Source of the DNA: an uncultured Hellea sp. | GTDB lineage: Bacteria > Pseudomonadota > Alphaproteobacteria > Caulobacterales > Maricaulaceae | Length of the DNA stretch: 57,526 nt | Assembly: GCA_964463835.1 (NCBI GenBank) | Contig: CAYXEB010000001.1 | Location: 1-57,526 of the forward strand | Direction: 5' to 3' | Shown: piece by piece, positions 9,353-18,880 of the stretch | Position numbering within the stretch: the first letter of the stretch is position 1 | How the letters are laid out: every line of letters starts with the position of its first letter | The notes under the pieces: model-generated | Seen by the model: only the letters and a program-made list of their open reading frames with translations | Database searches by the model: none | What the model was told of the DNA's origin: nothing | Position numbers and translations under genes: made by a program

Positions 9353-10117
9353 TTAGCTTTCAATTTGGCGGCATAAGTCTTCTGCCGTAGAAACCAACCT
9401 CTTCAAATCAATTGGTGAAGAAAGACTATGATCCCCGTTCTTTACAAGCGTATAATCCACATCCTCTGATGTAATTAAGTCTAATATTTGTTTTGAATAC
9501 TCCCAAGGAACCACAGTATCCATAGCGCCTTGCAGTATTTTAACAGGGCCCAAAAATGCAATGGACTTATCCAAAATTTGATTAGCCCGTCCGTCCTCCA
9601 TCAATATTTGGCTATATTCATAGGGCTCATCATAATCCGACTCGACATAGACAATGCCGTCATCAATCAATGTCTGACGCTGTTCCTCGGTCCAATATTC
9701 CCAAGTTAGTTTTTGAGTAAAGTCAGGCGCTGGCGCGATTAATAGCAGGCCTTTAACGCGGGCAGAGCGCTTCATGGACGCCATTAAGGCAGCCCAGCCG
9801 CCCATTGATGACCCAATAAGAATAACCGCGCCTTTTGACAGCTCATCCATCACGAAAGTCACATCATCAGCCCATTGGGAAATTGTGCCATCTCTAAAAC
9901 GGCCAGAACTTTTACCATGACCAAAATAATCAAATCGAATGAAATTTCTATTTTCACGGCTGGCCCATTCATGCAAATGAACCGCCTTCCCGCCTTCCAT
10001 GTCTGACTTTAATCCACCGCACCAAATAAGAGTTGGTCCGTTACCTTGGTTTTGCTTATAGGCTATTCGCGCGCCAGATTTTCTTGATAAATAGTTGAGG
10101 TCAATCTCACCAGTCAT
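9353..10117 (-). CDS. alpha/beta hydrolase (ABHD10-like)
   Basis: SDMEGGKA, RFDYFGHG, GSSMGG, APAPDFT, GDHSLS. Confidence 0.88.
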   Translation of the reverse strand: MTGEIDLNYLSRKSGARIAYKQNQGNGPTLIWCGGLKSDMEGGKAVHLHEWASRENRNFIRFDYFGHGKSSGRFRDGTISQWADDVTFVMDELSKGAVILIGSSMGGWAALMASMKRSARVKGLLLIAPAPDFTQKLTWEYWTEEQRQTLIDDGIVYVESDYDEPYEYSQILMEDGRANQILDKSIAFLGPVKILQGAMDTVVPWEYSKQILDLITSEDVDYTLVKNGDHSLSSPIDLKRLVSTAEDLCRQIES

Positions 10118-10146
10118 GCTAAAGTGTCCTTAGGGAATCTATATAA

Positions 10147-11253
10147 ATGAATGTGCTCCAAATTGTTCCAGAACTCAATGCCGGCGGTGTTGAAGCGACG
10201 ACATTAGAAATAGTTCAAGCTTTAGTACAGGATGATTATACGGCGCATGTCATAAGCGCGGGCGGGCGTATGGAGGCAGAGCTTTTGGCCTTGGGCGGCA
10301 TACTCCATAAATCAAATATCGGGTCTAAAAATATATTCACCATCTTTGCGCGCATAAGGCTTATAAGAGCTATCATACAAAAATATGACATTGATATTGT
10401 TCATGCGCGTTCACGCGCCCCCGCATGGCCGGCTTTACTGGCCGCCAAATTAGAGAAGCGGCCCTTTCTAACCACCTATCACGGTGTTTATAATGCCAAG
10501 AGCGGTATTAAGCGGTTCTATAATTCCGTTATGACCAAAGGCGCGCATATAATCGCCAATTCAGAATATACAAAAAACCATATCATCAAAACCCACGGAA
10601 CGTCCTCTGATAAAATTACAGTTGTTCCCAGGGGCGTGGATATGGCGCGCTTTGACCCCAGCAAAATCTCTGCCCAAGATATTAAAAGTCTAAAAGGCAA
10701 ATGGGGAATAGAGAGCGGGGATAAAGTCATCCTGCTGCCCGGACGCCTCACGCGGTGGAAGGGCCAATTAGTCGCCATAGAGGCCCTCGCCGCCTTACCC
10801 CAAAACTACAAACTGGTTCTTCTCGGCGACGCCCAAGGCCGCGAGGCCTATGTAGAAGAACTCAAAAGTCTTGCGAGTTCTTTAAATATATCTGAGCGGG
10901 TCATCATGCCCGGTCATATGATCAATGTTCCGCTTGCCCTGATGGCGGCTGATATCGTTATTTCCGCCTCGACAGACCCAGAAGCTTTTGGACGTGTCTC
11001 AGCGGAAGCTCAAGCTATGGGGAAACCCGTCATTGCGACGGCGCATGGCGGCGCATTAGAAACTGTAAAAGACGGAGAAACAGGTATTTTAGTCCCGCCG
11101 AGCGATGCCGCCGCGCTTGCGCAGGCGATAAAACGCGGGAGCGAAGACACGGAATTTAACTCTACATTTGCCCGAAAACGGATATCTTCCCTATTTTCCA
11201 CGCATAATCTTCAACGAAAAACGCTTAGAGTTTACAAAGACCTCTTGAATTAA
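10147..11253 (+). CDS. GT4 family glycosyltransferase
   Basis: [35 protein letters not shown]. Confidence 0.92.
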   Translation: MNVLQIVPELNAGGVEATTLEIVQALVQDDYTAHVISAGGRMEAELLALGGILHKSNIGSKNIFTIFARIRLIRAIIQKYDIDIVHARSRAPAWPALLAAKLEKRPFLTTYHGVYNAKSGIKRFYNSVMTKGAHIIANSEYTKNHIIKTHGTSSDKITVVPRGVDMARFDPSKISAQDIKSLKGKWGIESGDKVILLPGRLTRWKGQLVAIEALAALPQNYKLVLLGDAQGREAYVEELKSLASSLNISERVIMPGHMINVPLALMAADIVISASTDPEAFGRVSAEAQAMGKPVIATAHGGALETVKDGETGILVPPSDAAALAQAIKRGSEDTEFNSTFARKRISSLFSTHNLQRKTLRVYKDLLN

Positions 11254-11272
11254 CGCACCAGCTTCGCCATAT
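11244..11272 (+). promoter_or_regulatory. putative infC promoter
   Basis: CTTGAA-N16-GCCATAT, about 35 nt upstream of the inferred start. Confidence 0.5.
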
Positions 11273-11305
11273 TCCCTGCGCTATAACAAATCAGGAGACA
11301 TTAGC

Positions 11306-11845
11306 ATCGCTAGAAGACCACTTGCGGCTCAACCCGCTAAAAAGCCCAAAGGCCCACGTATTAACCGGGATATTACCAATCCCAAAGTTCTCTTGATTAC
11401 TGAAACTGGTGAAAAAAAAGGCGTCGTCAGTCTTGACGAGGCCTTAGCGGCAGCCCGCGCTGCAGGGTTAGATTTGGTCGAAGTCGCGCCTGGTGAAACG
11501 CCCGTTTGCAAAGTTCTTGATTACGGAAAACTACGTTTCGAAAATCAAAAAAAGAAAGCCGCCAACCGTAAAAACCAACGCACGACGACGCTTAAAGAAA
11601 TTAAAATGCGCCCCAATATCGATGTGCATGATTATCAGGTCAAAACCAAAGCCATGCAAAAATTCTTTGACCGCGGCGACAAGGTTAAGGTGACAATCCG
11701 TTTTCGCGGCCGCGAAATGGCGCATATGGACCGCGGCATGGACCTTTTAGGACGGGTAAAAGAAGATTTCGAAGAAACCGCGAAAGTCGAATTTGAACCC
11801 AAAACCGAAGGCCGAATGATGACCATGGTTCTAGCCCCTAGGTAG
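11306..11845 (+). CDS. infC: translation initiation factor IF-3 with a non-AUG (ATC) start, 179 aa
   Basis: The frame extends upstream of the track's TTG to ATC at 11306, 8 nt after AGGAG. The extension includes GPRINRDI, a conserved IF3 N-terminal segment; LDYGK and [10 protein letters not shown] follow. Confidence 0.93.
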   Translation: MARRPLAAQPAKKPKGPRINRDITNPKVLLITETGEKKGVVSLDEALAAARAAGLDLVEVAPGETPVCKVLDYGKLRFENQKKKAANRKNQRTTTLKEIKMRPNIDVHDYQVKTKAMQKFFDRGDKVKVTIRFRGREMAHMDRGMDLLGRVKEDFEETAKVEFEPKTEGRMMTMVLAPR

Positions 11846-11872
11846 TTCCAATTCGCTTATCTGCAAACAAAA

Positions 11873-11900
11873 AGGCCGCATCTCTTGCGGCTTATTTTTT
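11873..11900 (+). terminator. intrinsic terminator after infC
   Basis: AGGCCGCA-tctct-TGCGGCTT followed by ATTTTTT. Confidence 0.75.
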
Positions 11901-12735
11901 GCCAAAAATAGGTAGCCGACAAAATTTATGGCATTGGATAATTGGGTTCATCCTTATTTGCTTTTTGAGTGTTTTAGGAATGGCGGCGTTTTTATTTGCC
12001 TCCAAGAGCCTTTTCCCGACAAATAATATCACGATTTATTTCGACCTCCTTTTAGTTTTTATCCCTGTTTTTATCCTCGTGCCTCTAATCTATAAATATT
12101 GGCATAAGCGGGCGATAAAGGATCTTCTGACCTCAGCGAAAAAATTTCGTTGGGACTATATGCTCCGCGCTGGATGTGTTCTTTTTATTTTTTTCGTCAT
12201 AGCCTCTTTTATTGAGTCGATACTTCTGCCCAGTGAATATGCTGGTATAAAAATTCAACCAAGCTTTAAAGACTATGGTCCTCTTTTACTTATTACTCTC
12301 CTCCTCGTGCCTTTTCAGGCCGCAAGTGAGGAGTTTTTATGCCGCGGATATTTAAATCAATCCCTCGCGAAATATTTTAATGTGCCTTGGATAATCTTCA
12401 TTCTCACATCTGCCGGATTTGCAGCGCTTCACATTGCCAACCCCGAAGCTCAAGGCCAAATGTGGCCCTACCTTGCGAGTATCTTTAGTTTTGGCATGGC
12501 CATGTGTGTCTTGCTTTATTTTGAAGGCGGAATAGAAAGCGCAATTGGCGCCCATATTGCTAATAATATTTTCGTCTTTGGCTTTTTAGGCTACGAAGAC
12601 CCTGAGCTTCCAAACACAGCTTGGTTGACGTTAGGGGCTCCTAAAATAGGCTGGGCTGATTTTGGACTAGACCTCTTGATGATAATATTGGTTACAGCCC
12701 TCATTATCTTTTTTAATCGGCGGTTCAGCCGATAA
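11899..12735 (+). CDS. CPBP (CAAX protease-like) intramembrane metalloprotease; start uncertain
   Basis: EEFLCRGY, FAALH and AHIANN motifs; multiple TM segments. Confidence 0.85.
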   Translation: MPKIGSRQNLWHWIIGFILICFLSVLGMAAFLFASKSLFPTNNITIYFDLLLVFIPVFILVPLIYKYWHKRAIKDLLTSAKKFRWDYMLRAGCVLFIFFVIASFIESILLPSEYAGIKIQPSFKDYGPLLLITLLLVPFQAASEEFLCRGYLNQSLAKYFNVPWIIFILTSAGFAALHIANPEAQGQMWPYLASIFSFGMAMCVLLYFEGGIESAIGAHIANNIFVFGFLGYEDPELPNTAWLTLGAPKIGWADFGLDLLMIILVTALIIFFNRRFSR

Positions 12736-12736
12736 G

Positions 12737-13102
12737 CTAAGCTGGGTTACGTTTTAGTAAAAAGAGCCCAAACCCAGCCCATATTATTTCAACGCCAATT
12801 TCATGATAGGTCTGCATAGGCCCCGCGCCATCAATCGATAGTCCTAAAAAGCGCCCCGCCATAAACCCAAGGGTTACGAGTATAATAGCTAAGGTTAGAG
12901 GTTTTTGGTCAGATAATTTTTGCGCATATAGACAGCACATTAAACCCATAACGGCCATAACCACAGATATAGCCCGCATCTGATGAAGCCCTAAAAGACT
13001 GAGCTCCCACCCCATTAGCTTTGCCATATTTAACGGCAAAAAGGCTCCAAATAATCCATAAAGAATATAAAAAAGACCATTTAAGCCATTATAAATTTTC
13101 AT
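12737..13102 (-). CDS. four-TM membrane protein (DUF4345-like)
   Basis: Four TM segments; GRFLGLSIDG motif. Confidence 0.65.
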   Translation of the reverse strand: MKIYNGLNGLFYILYGLFGAFLPLNMAKLMGWELSLLGLHQMRAISVVMAVMGLMCCLYAQKLSDQKPLTLAIILVTLGFMAGRFLGLSIDGAGPMQTYHEIGVEIIWAGFGLFLLKRNPA

Positions 13103-13113
13103 ACTTGTCCCGC

Positions 13114-14286
13114 TTAGCTCTCAATCTTGAACGTAAGACCTGCATTTTGCTGCAGGCGATTAATCAAGGCCTCACCCATGGCTGGGGCTGGGGTATAGAC
13201 GCCCCCGCTCGTTTTCTGTTTGTCAATATCTCGCGCCAAGCAAAGAGCCGATTCGGCTATCATTTTAGACGTCGATCCATAGCCCGGGTCTTTATCGCCA
13301 CTAACGCTAGCGATAATACGTTTTCCGTCAGGCGCGTCCCCAACATACATCACCTCATAAAACCCTGTTTCGCGTTCTTCCTTACTGGGTCCCTCGCCAG
13401 GCTTAGGCGGATTTGTTGCCATAGAATTATCACTCGCCACATGTTTAGCCGCCGCCTGTCCAGCCTCGCCCGGGCCCGTAAGAACCATTTCGTCATAGAC
13501 AAAGTCCTGTCCATAAAGGTGACCTAAAAGCGCGTTGGAACGGTGGACATTTTTTGTATTAATAGAGGCCATGATGAAGGGCGCTGACCAGCTATCCAGA
13601 TCAGTTTCAAAAATTGGCTTATGACCTGTAGGCTGCGCGGGGCCTGAAAAATCAGGCGTAAGAGAAAACGGATCTTTTAACCAATTGAGAACTTCGGGTT
13701 CCTGCCCCGCGCGTTTCATCGTTGCGAAGAAACTGGCCGCCGTACCGCCCGAAAAGGTTCCTTTCATTTTGCGCACACGGCCTCGAATCTTTGAGCAAAC
13801 TCCGCCGTGCTCAGCAATGGCATGGTTTTGCAAAAAATAAACACCAAGGTCGAAAGGAATAGAATCAAAACCGCAAGAATGAACAATCCGCGCGCCGCTT
13901 TCTTTGGCCGCGGCGTTATATTTTTTAATCGTATCATGCATCCAAGCGGGCTCACCTGATAGATCAACATAATCAACGCCATTAGTAACGCAGGCCTCAA
14001 CCAAGGGATCACCATAAAGTTGATAGGGCCCAACCGTTGTGCATATGGCTTTGGCTTGTGACGCCATTGCGGATAAAGACGATAGGCCTTGCGAATCTGC
14101 TACGATCAGCGGGATATCATTAGAGATTTTCATCTCACCACGCACCGCTTCTAATTTATCTTGCGAACGGCCCGCCATGGCCCATTTAACATCTGAGTTG
14201 ACGTATTGGGTATTTAGATATTCTGCGACCAACCGGCCTGTAAAACCCGTCGCTCCAAAAACGATAACATCAAATTCACGAGACAT
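13114..14286 (-). CDS. saccharopine dehydrogenase-like NADP-binding oxidoreductase
   Basis: GATGFTG, TVGPY, YVDLSGE, CGFDSIPFD, DPGYGSTSKM. Confidence 0.9.
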   Translation of the reverse strand: MSREFDVIVFGATGFTGRLVAEYLNTQYVNSDVKWAMAGRSQDKLEAVRGEMKISNDIPLIVADSQGLSSLSAMASQAKAICTTVGPYQLYGDPLVEACVTNGVDYVDLSGEPAWMHDTIKKYNAAAKESGARIVHSCGFDSIPFDLGVYFLQNHAIAEHGGVCSKIRGRVRKMKGTFSGGTAASFFATMKRAGQEPEVLNWLKDPFSLTPDFSGPAQPTGHKPIFETDLDSWSAPFIMASINTKNVHRSNALLGHLYGQDFVYDEMVLTGPGEAGQAAAKHVASDNSMATNPPKPGEGPSKEERETGFYEVMYVGDAPDGKRIIASVSGDKDPGYGSTSKMIAESALCLARDIDKQKTSGGVYTPAPAMGEALINRLQQNAGLTFKIES

Positions 14287-14360
14287 ATACTCTCCTTATA
14301 TGCACTTTGTTGCATATAGTCATGACATATGGCTTAGCGTTAGGCAAAGTCTAATTTCTG

Positions 14361-15443
14361 CTAATTGAGTTTAACCCGTCCCAAATAAGGCGCAGTTAAG
14401 CTCGACACATACATATAACCATCTTCAGCAATAACGGCGCCCGTCGCACTCGGATAAGCGCCGCTCGGGTCTTGCCATGTTTTTATAATATTTCCATCCC
14501 CGTCTATCTGAACGATTAACCCATAGCTGACAGCTTGCGGGCGCATAAAGGCAGGAAGGCGCATAGCGACTTTGCGAGCAAAAGGTTTACGGGCATTGTC
14601 ATCAAGCCATTTTGAGCGCTGACTTACAATACCTATGAGAAAACTTTCTCGTCCATCGCTTAGCTTCGGCCCCCGGTTAATATTATCAGGAAAACCCGGC
14701 AAGTTTTCCATAATTACGTGGCTTGACCCGTCAGGAGATATTTTATGAACTTGGTAAGTCCCAGTCTCATTTACCAATATATGCCCGTCTTGCGTTAAAG
14801 CAACGCCATTAGAAAACACATATCCCTCTCGAATAATACGGGTTGTTTGGTTGGCTGGATTATAGGCTAATACCCTACCCGTGCCTCCATGTTCCATAAT
14901 CTCTAATAGGCTGGCAGATAATGTCTCGCCCGTTGAATTGGCTCCAAATTTTGTGGAGGCGTCCGAGAAATAAATTGTCCCGTCATCTGCTATATCCAAA
15001 TCATCCGCGTAAAGAATAGGCGTACCCGCGACCTCATCTGACAAAACAGTGACAACGCCGCGGCTATCAACGGATAATAATCCCCGAAATGCATCCGCTA
15101 TTATAAGATTGCCCTGCGCGTCCATCTCCATACCCAGAGCTGAGCCCTGAGTATCGGCGAAGGTCTTATAAGTCTTGGCAATTGGGTCTATCTTAATGAT
15201 TTTACCTTCTTGGGATGAAACGAAAATTTGGCCCTCATGCAGGACAACATCTTCGGGGCCATGAACCTTACCTATCGACAACTGTTCCAAATTAGCCAGC
15301 TCCGTATTGGGCGCGAAAGCTTCAACATAGCCTTTATCTATAGGGGCGTCCCAGCTTTGAGGGTCAATTGATACGGGCCAAAGCGCAAGATATCCCAATC
15401 CCAGTAGAGCAAGTCCTGCAATCACTTTTGTTGCCCGTTTCAT
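14361..15443 (-). CDS. strictosidine synthase/SMP-30/gluconolactonase family protein
   Basis: GPED, IYFSDAS, FSNGV, NLPGFPDNI; N-terminal membrane anchor. Confidence 0.88.
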   Translation of the reverse strand: MKRATKVIAGLALLGLGYLALWPVSIDPQSWDAPIDKGYVEAFAPNTELANLEQLSIGKVHGPEDVVLHEGQIFVSSQEGKIIKIDPIAKTYKTFADTQGSALGMEMDAQGNLIIADAFRGLLSVDSRGVVTVLSDEVAGTPILYADDLDIADDGTIYFSDASTKFGANSTGETLSASLLEIMEHGGTGRVLAYNPANQTTRIIREGYVFSNGVALTQDGHILVNETGTYQVHKISPDGSSHVIMENLPGFPDNINRGPKLSDGRESFLIGIVSQRSKWLDDNARKPFARKVAMRLPAFMRPQAVSYGLIVQIDGDGNIIKTWQDPSGAYPSATGAVIAEDGYMYVSSLTAPYLGRVKLN

Positions 15444-15451
15444 AAAAGTCC

Positions 15452-16141
15452 CTAAGCGTAATTTCTCTGTCCAAATAAAGCCGACCCAACCCTAACATGG
15501 GTTGCACCAAAGGCTATAGCCGTTTCAAAATCACCACTCATTCCCATTGATAATGTCTTGAGTCCGTGCTCATTGGCCAGTTTTTGTAAAAGCCAAAAAT
15601 GCGGCGACACCGCTTGGCCCACAGGCGGTATGCACATGAGGCCCTGCGGGCGGAGATTATATTCAGCACTTAAAGTCTTGAGGAAGGCCCCGAGCTCTTG
15701 AGGATGAACGCCAGATTTTTGCTCTTCTTCGCCCGTATTCACTTGAACGAGAAGCTCAGGCATTTTTCCGGTTTTATCCGCAGCTTTCAACACCGCTTTG
15801 ACTAATTTTTCGCGGTCGAGCGTTTCAATGACATCGAAAAGCTTTACCGCTTCTTCGGCTTTATTGGTTTGCAAGGGTCCTATCAGATGCAGCCTCACAT
15901 TTTTGCGGCGCGCCTGAAAAGTTTCGTTCCAGCGCTTATAGGCCTCCTGAACTCTATTTTCGCCAAATGATGTCTGTCCACAACCAAGCGCCGCCTCGAT
16001 CCTGTGATCGGGCTGTACTTTGGAAACAGCCACAAGGCTTGGCACGTCATCGCGCTTTGACTTATTGGCAGCGTCATGAATTCGCTTTAAGATGTCCTCT
16101 CGTCTTTCAGATAGGGACTTATTTTCTTCAATGTCGCTCAT
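15452..16141 (-). CDS. yggS: PLP homeostasis protein, YggS family
   Basis: LVAVSK, FGENRVQE, IGPLQTNK, LSMGMSGD, VRVGSALFG; ATG at 16141 preferred. Confidence 0.93.
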   Translation of the reverse strand: MSDIEENKSLSERREDILKRIHDAANKSKRDDVPSLVAVSKVQPDHRIEAALGCGQTSFGENRVQEAYKRWNETFQARRKNVRLHLIGPLQTNKAEEAVKLFDVIETLDREKLVKAVLKAADKTGKMPELLVQVNTGEEEQKSGVHPQELGAFLKTLSAEYNLRPQGLMCIPPVGQAVSPHFWLLQKLANEHGLKTLSMGMSGDFETAIAFGATHVRVGSALFGQRNYA

Positions 16142-16196
16142 GCTACGCAACACCTACCCTCTATGGGATTATAATGGAAGTCACCGCGTCGCACGT

Positions 16197-16796
16197 GTGG
16201 CGACAAATTTATATAAGGCCAGACTTAAAACTTGCCGCGTATCACCCCTTATTTTCATGTCTGACCCAAAGGCGGCGACCAACCTCATCGAAATTGTTCA
16301 AAACCTACCCAAACATACGACCATTATATATCGGCATTTCGGTATGAAAGGTCATTTAAAAGAAGCACAAATTTTACGCCAAACTACCTTTGAAAAAAAT
16401 CAATTTCTCCTCATAGGCGCCGATCCAGATTTAGCCATAAAGATTGGAGCAGACGGTGTTCATTTTAAGCGCGACAAAACTTTGCGCCTCCCGATTATTT
16501 GGAGAAAGAGATGCCCAAATTGGATTATCACAATGGCTGGACTTAAATCAGGGGTATATGAAGACAATCTCACCGTTTTAGACGGGCTCATCCTATCATC
16601 TGTTTTTCCCAGTCACAGCCCCACCGCTGGAGCGCCGATTGGGGTGAAAGCCCTGACGTCAAAAATTAAGTCTACGCCATGTCCCATTTTCGCCCTTGGC
16701 GGTATCACTGAAGATACAGCGTCACAACTTATCGGGAGCGGGGCTTACGGATTGGCGGGAATAAGAGGGTTATTGCCCAGTAAAGCGCCTTATTAG
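16197..16796 (+). CDS. thiamine phosphate synthase-like (ThiE/TenI) protein; start uncertain
   Basis: FMSDP, GADGVH, SSVFPSHS, FALGGI. The track start at 16092 would overlap yggS head-to-head, so the in-frame GTG at 16197 is used. Confidence 0.75.
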   Translation: MATNLYKARLKTCRVSPLIFMSDPKAATNLIEIVQNLPKHTTIIYRHFGMKGHLKEAQILRQTTFEKNQFLLIGADPDLAIKIGADGVHFKRDKTLRLPIIWRKRCPNWIITMAGLKSGVYEDNLTVLDGLILSSVFPSHSPTAGAPIGVKALTSKIKSTPCPIFALGGITEDTASQLIGSGAYGLAGIRGLLPSKAPY

Positions 16797-18646
16797 AAGG
16801 TAAACCCGCCTTCAATGAAGAGGGCTGTGGCTTTTTCTTCATCTTCACCAATGGTTAGATCTGTCGCTCGCGGAACTGTGCGCTCTATATATTGCACGCC
16901 AGCGCCTAAGGTGAAGCGGTCAAATTCATAGCTAATTCCGAAAACGCCTTGATCTGATTCTAGATTAATACTTTCATCCTCAGCATTCCCATAGCTGGCG
17001 GTAAACCCTAATCTTGAAGGTTTCCACGTAATGCCCGCATCCCAAGCGTTATAATCGCCATCAGCAAGACCGTTATTACTTTGCAAATATGAGCCCCCAA
17101 CGGTCCAATCATTTAGAGAAACTTCTAGGCCAGTATTCCAGCTTTCCAGATCATCAAATACCTCCAAAGCACTATCTTCTGTCGCTGTCGCGTAAGTAAA
17201 GGTGGCTTCAACGTTCAAGCCATTATCAAATTTACGGTCAATGGCTGCGCCAAATTCAATAACATCTGAGAGGTCGGGCGCTAACACACCTGTGTCGTCC
17301 GCCCCGTTTCGTCTGACGCAATAATCGACGCCGCAGGCGCGGGCATTGGGCGCATAAGAAGCCCCGAGCTGAACGCCGACACCAATTTTATCTCCCAAAA
17401 GGCGCGGGCTAGTATAGGTGATTTTTTCTGCAAAGCCTGAGGCATCATTGACGGTTTTGACACTATCCAGACCCGTATAGTCGACAGGAGAATTTGAGGC
17501 ATTAACCGCTAATAATGAAGGCGCTCCAAGACTAAACAGATAAGCAGACCCATCGTCCCAGCCCACAGTGACGTCCCCATAGGAGGAACGCAGGAAAATA
17601 TAAGCGCCTTCAAGCGCTATATCAAAATCCTTATCATCACTCAGACCATCCGTAAAAAACCGCGACGTATGTCCGCGAACCGGTACAGGATTATCACCCC
17701 CAGTGCTCGCACATCCAGGAACTGACGCGGGGCAATCCCCAACCAATCCACCAAAGCCTCTTCTATATCTATCAAATTGAGAACGCGCTTCGAGGTTAAT
17801 ACCGTATTCCAGCCCACCTTGTGTAATGGCGCTGGCCTCAGCCTCAACATTTATATCTGCAATATAGTCATCACGCCATTCAGCGGGGGCTTCGCCCAAA
17901 TTAACCCGGGTAGCGGCAGCGCCGCCTCTGAAATACCCTTTCAGCGTTGTCCTGATTGACCCTAACCCTAATTTATCAAGCCATGATCCCGAGCGCTGCC
18001 GCCGATTAGCCGGATATGGCTGAGGGTTTTGCCCATTTGGCCCTCCATATGATTGTGCTTGTCCATAAGGTTGGGAATAGCCACCAGATTGGTTATATTG
18101 AGTGGGCTGTTGATATTGACCAGAATAAGGTTGAGAATTGCCATAAAACCCAGATTGCGCAGGGCTGCTCTGGATTCTGCCCGGATAATAGGCCCCCGTA
18201 TTTGCGGGTTGGCTGCTAGCACTTGGTGCATAGCTTGGTCTAGCACCCGCAAGATTATCAGACGTTCCGCTATAACCCGCATCAAATCCGGCTGGCGGCG
18301 TCGCGGGCGGGGAGAAATTATAATTTGCCCCAACAGGCGCACTTGACGGCGCCGGGGCAGGTACCTGTCTTTTCGCTGCTGGCAAATTTTGAAGAGCGCC
18401 GGAATAACTGCCCGTTGGGCCAGCTGATGTATTAGGTGAATAAGTCGGTGTAGATTGCGGCGCTTGGTATGGCACCGGGATTGGCGATGGGCTGGGAGCC
18501 GCAGGCGCTTGTGTTTCCCAGGCTTGCACTCTCTTTTTATTGGCAAATGGTGATCCGCTAGTTTGCGCGCTAGCAACCGTCATAACACCGAGGCCCGCCA
18601 TAATAACCGGGACCCAGTATATTTTGCCGTTTATAATGGCTGACAT
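16793..18646 (-). CDS. outer-membrane porin with a long low-complexity N-terminal extension
   Basis: ATG at 18646 with GGGAG SD; signal peptide ending ASA; GLEYG, YGDVTVG, KITYTSPR and GASYAP porin strands; C-terminal Phe. Confidence 0.85.
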   Translation of the reverse strand: MSAIINGKIYWVPVIMAGLGVMTVASAQTSGSPFANKKRVQAWETQAPAAPSPSPIPVPYQAPQSTPTYSPNTSAGPTGSYSGALQNLPAAKRQVPAPAPSSAPVGANYNFSPPATPPAGFDAGYSGTSDNLAGARPSYAPSASSQPANTGAYYPGRIQSSPAQSGFYGNSQPYSGQYQQPTQYNQSGGYSQPYGQAQSYGGPNGQNPQPYPANRRQRSGSWLDKLGLGSIRTTLKGYFRGGAAATRVNLGEAPAEWRDDYIADINVEAEASAITQGGLEYGINLEARSQFDRYRRGFGGLVGDCPASVPGCASTGGDNPVPVRGHTSRFFTDGLSDDKDFDIALEGAYIFLRSSYGDVTVGWDDGSAYLFSLGAPSLLAVNASNSPVDYTGLDSVKTVNDASGFAEKITYTSPRLLGDKIGVGVQLGASYAPNARACGVDYCVRRNGADDTGVLAPDLSDVIEFGAAIDRKFDNGLNVEATFTYATATEDSALEVFDDLESWNTGLEVSLNDWTVGGSYLQSNNGLADGDYNAWDAGITWKPSRLGFTASYGNAEDESINLESDQGVFGISYEFDRFTLGAGVQYIERTVPRATDLTIGEDEEKATALFIEGGFTF

Positions 18647-18673
18647 GTCTAACTCCCGACTTTGCACGCAAAA

Positions 18674-18760
18674 TTAGCCTGCCGTTAACCTTTTAATCGG
18701 CCGCGCTTCCTAAAAAATGGTTAACAAATCTTTTAAATCGCGGTTTTACGGGGGTTTAAC
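18674..18760. promoter_or_regulatory. cluster of three CtrA-like boxes between the porin and DUF3576 genes
   Basis: TTAG-N7-TTAAC (18674-18689), CTAA-N7-TTAAC (18710-18725), TTTA-N7-TTAAC (18745-18760). Confidence 0.55.
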
Positions 18761-18880
18761 GCATATTTTGGGAACATTAATTACGCACGGAAAGGCTAGT
18801 CGAGGTTAAAATTAATGCTATAAAGCGCCAACTGATTTGAACCAAAACCCTTGCACATCGTGCAATTTTAGGAGCCTCCT

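Noticed and set aside
13021-13527. 168-aa plus-strand ORF
   Set aside because: Antisense to two well-supported genes, with no recognisable motifs.
17968-18576. 202-aa alternate-frame ORF in the porin gene
   Set aside because: By-product of the low-complexity coding region; no RBS or family signal.
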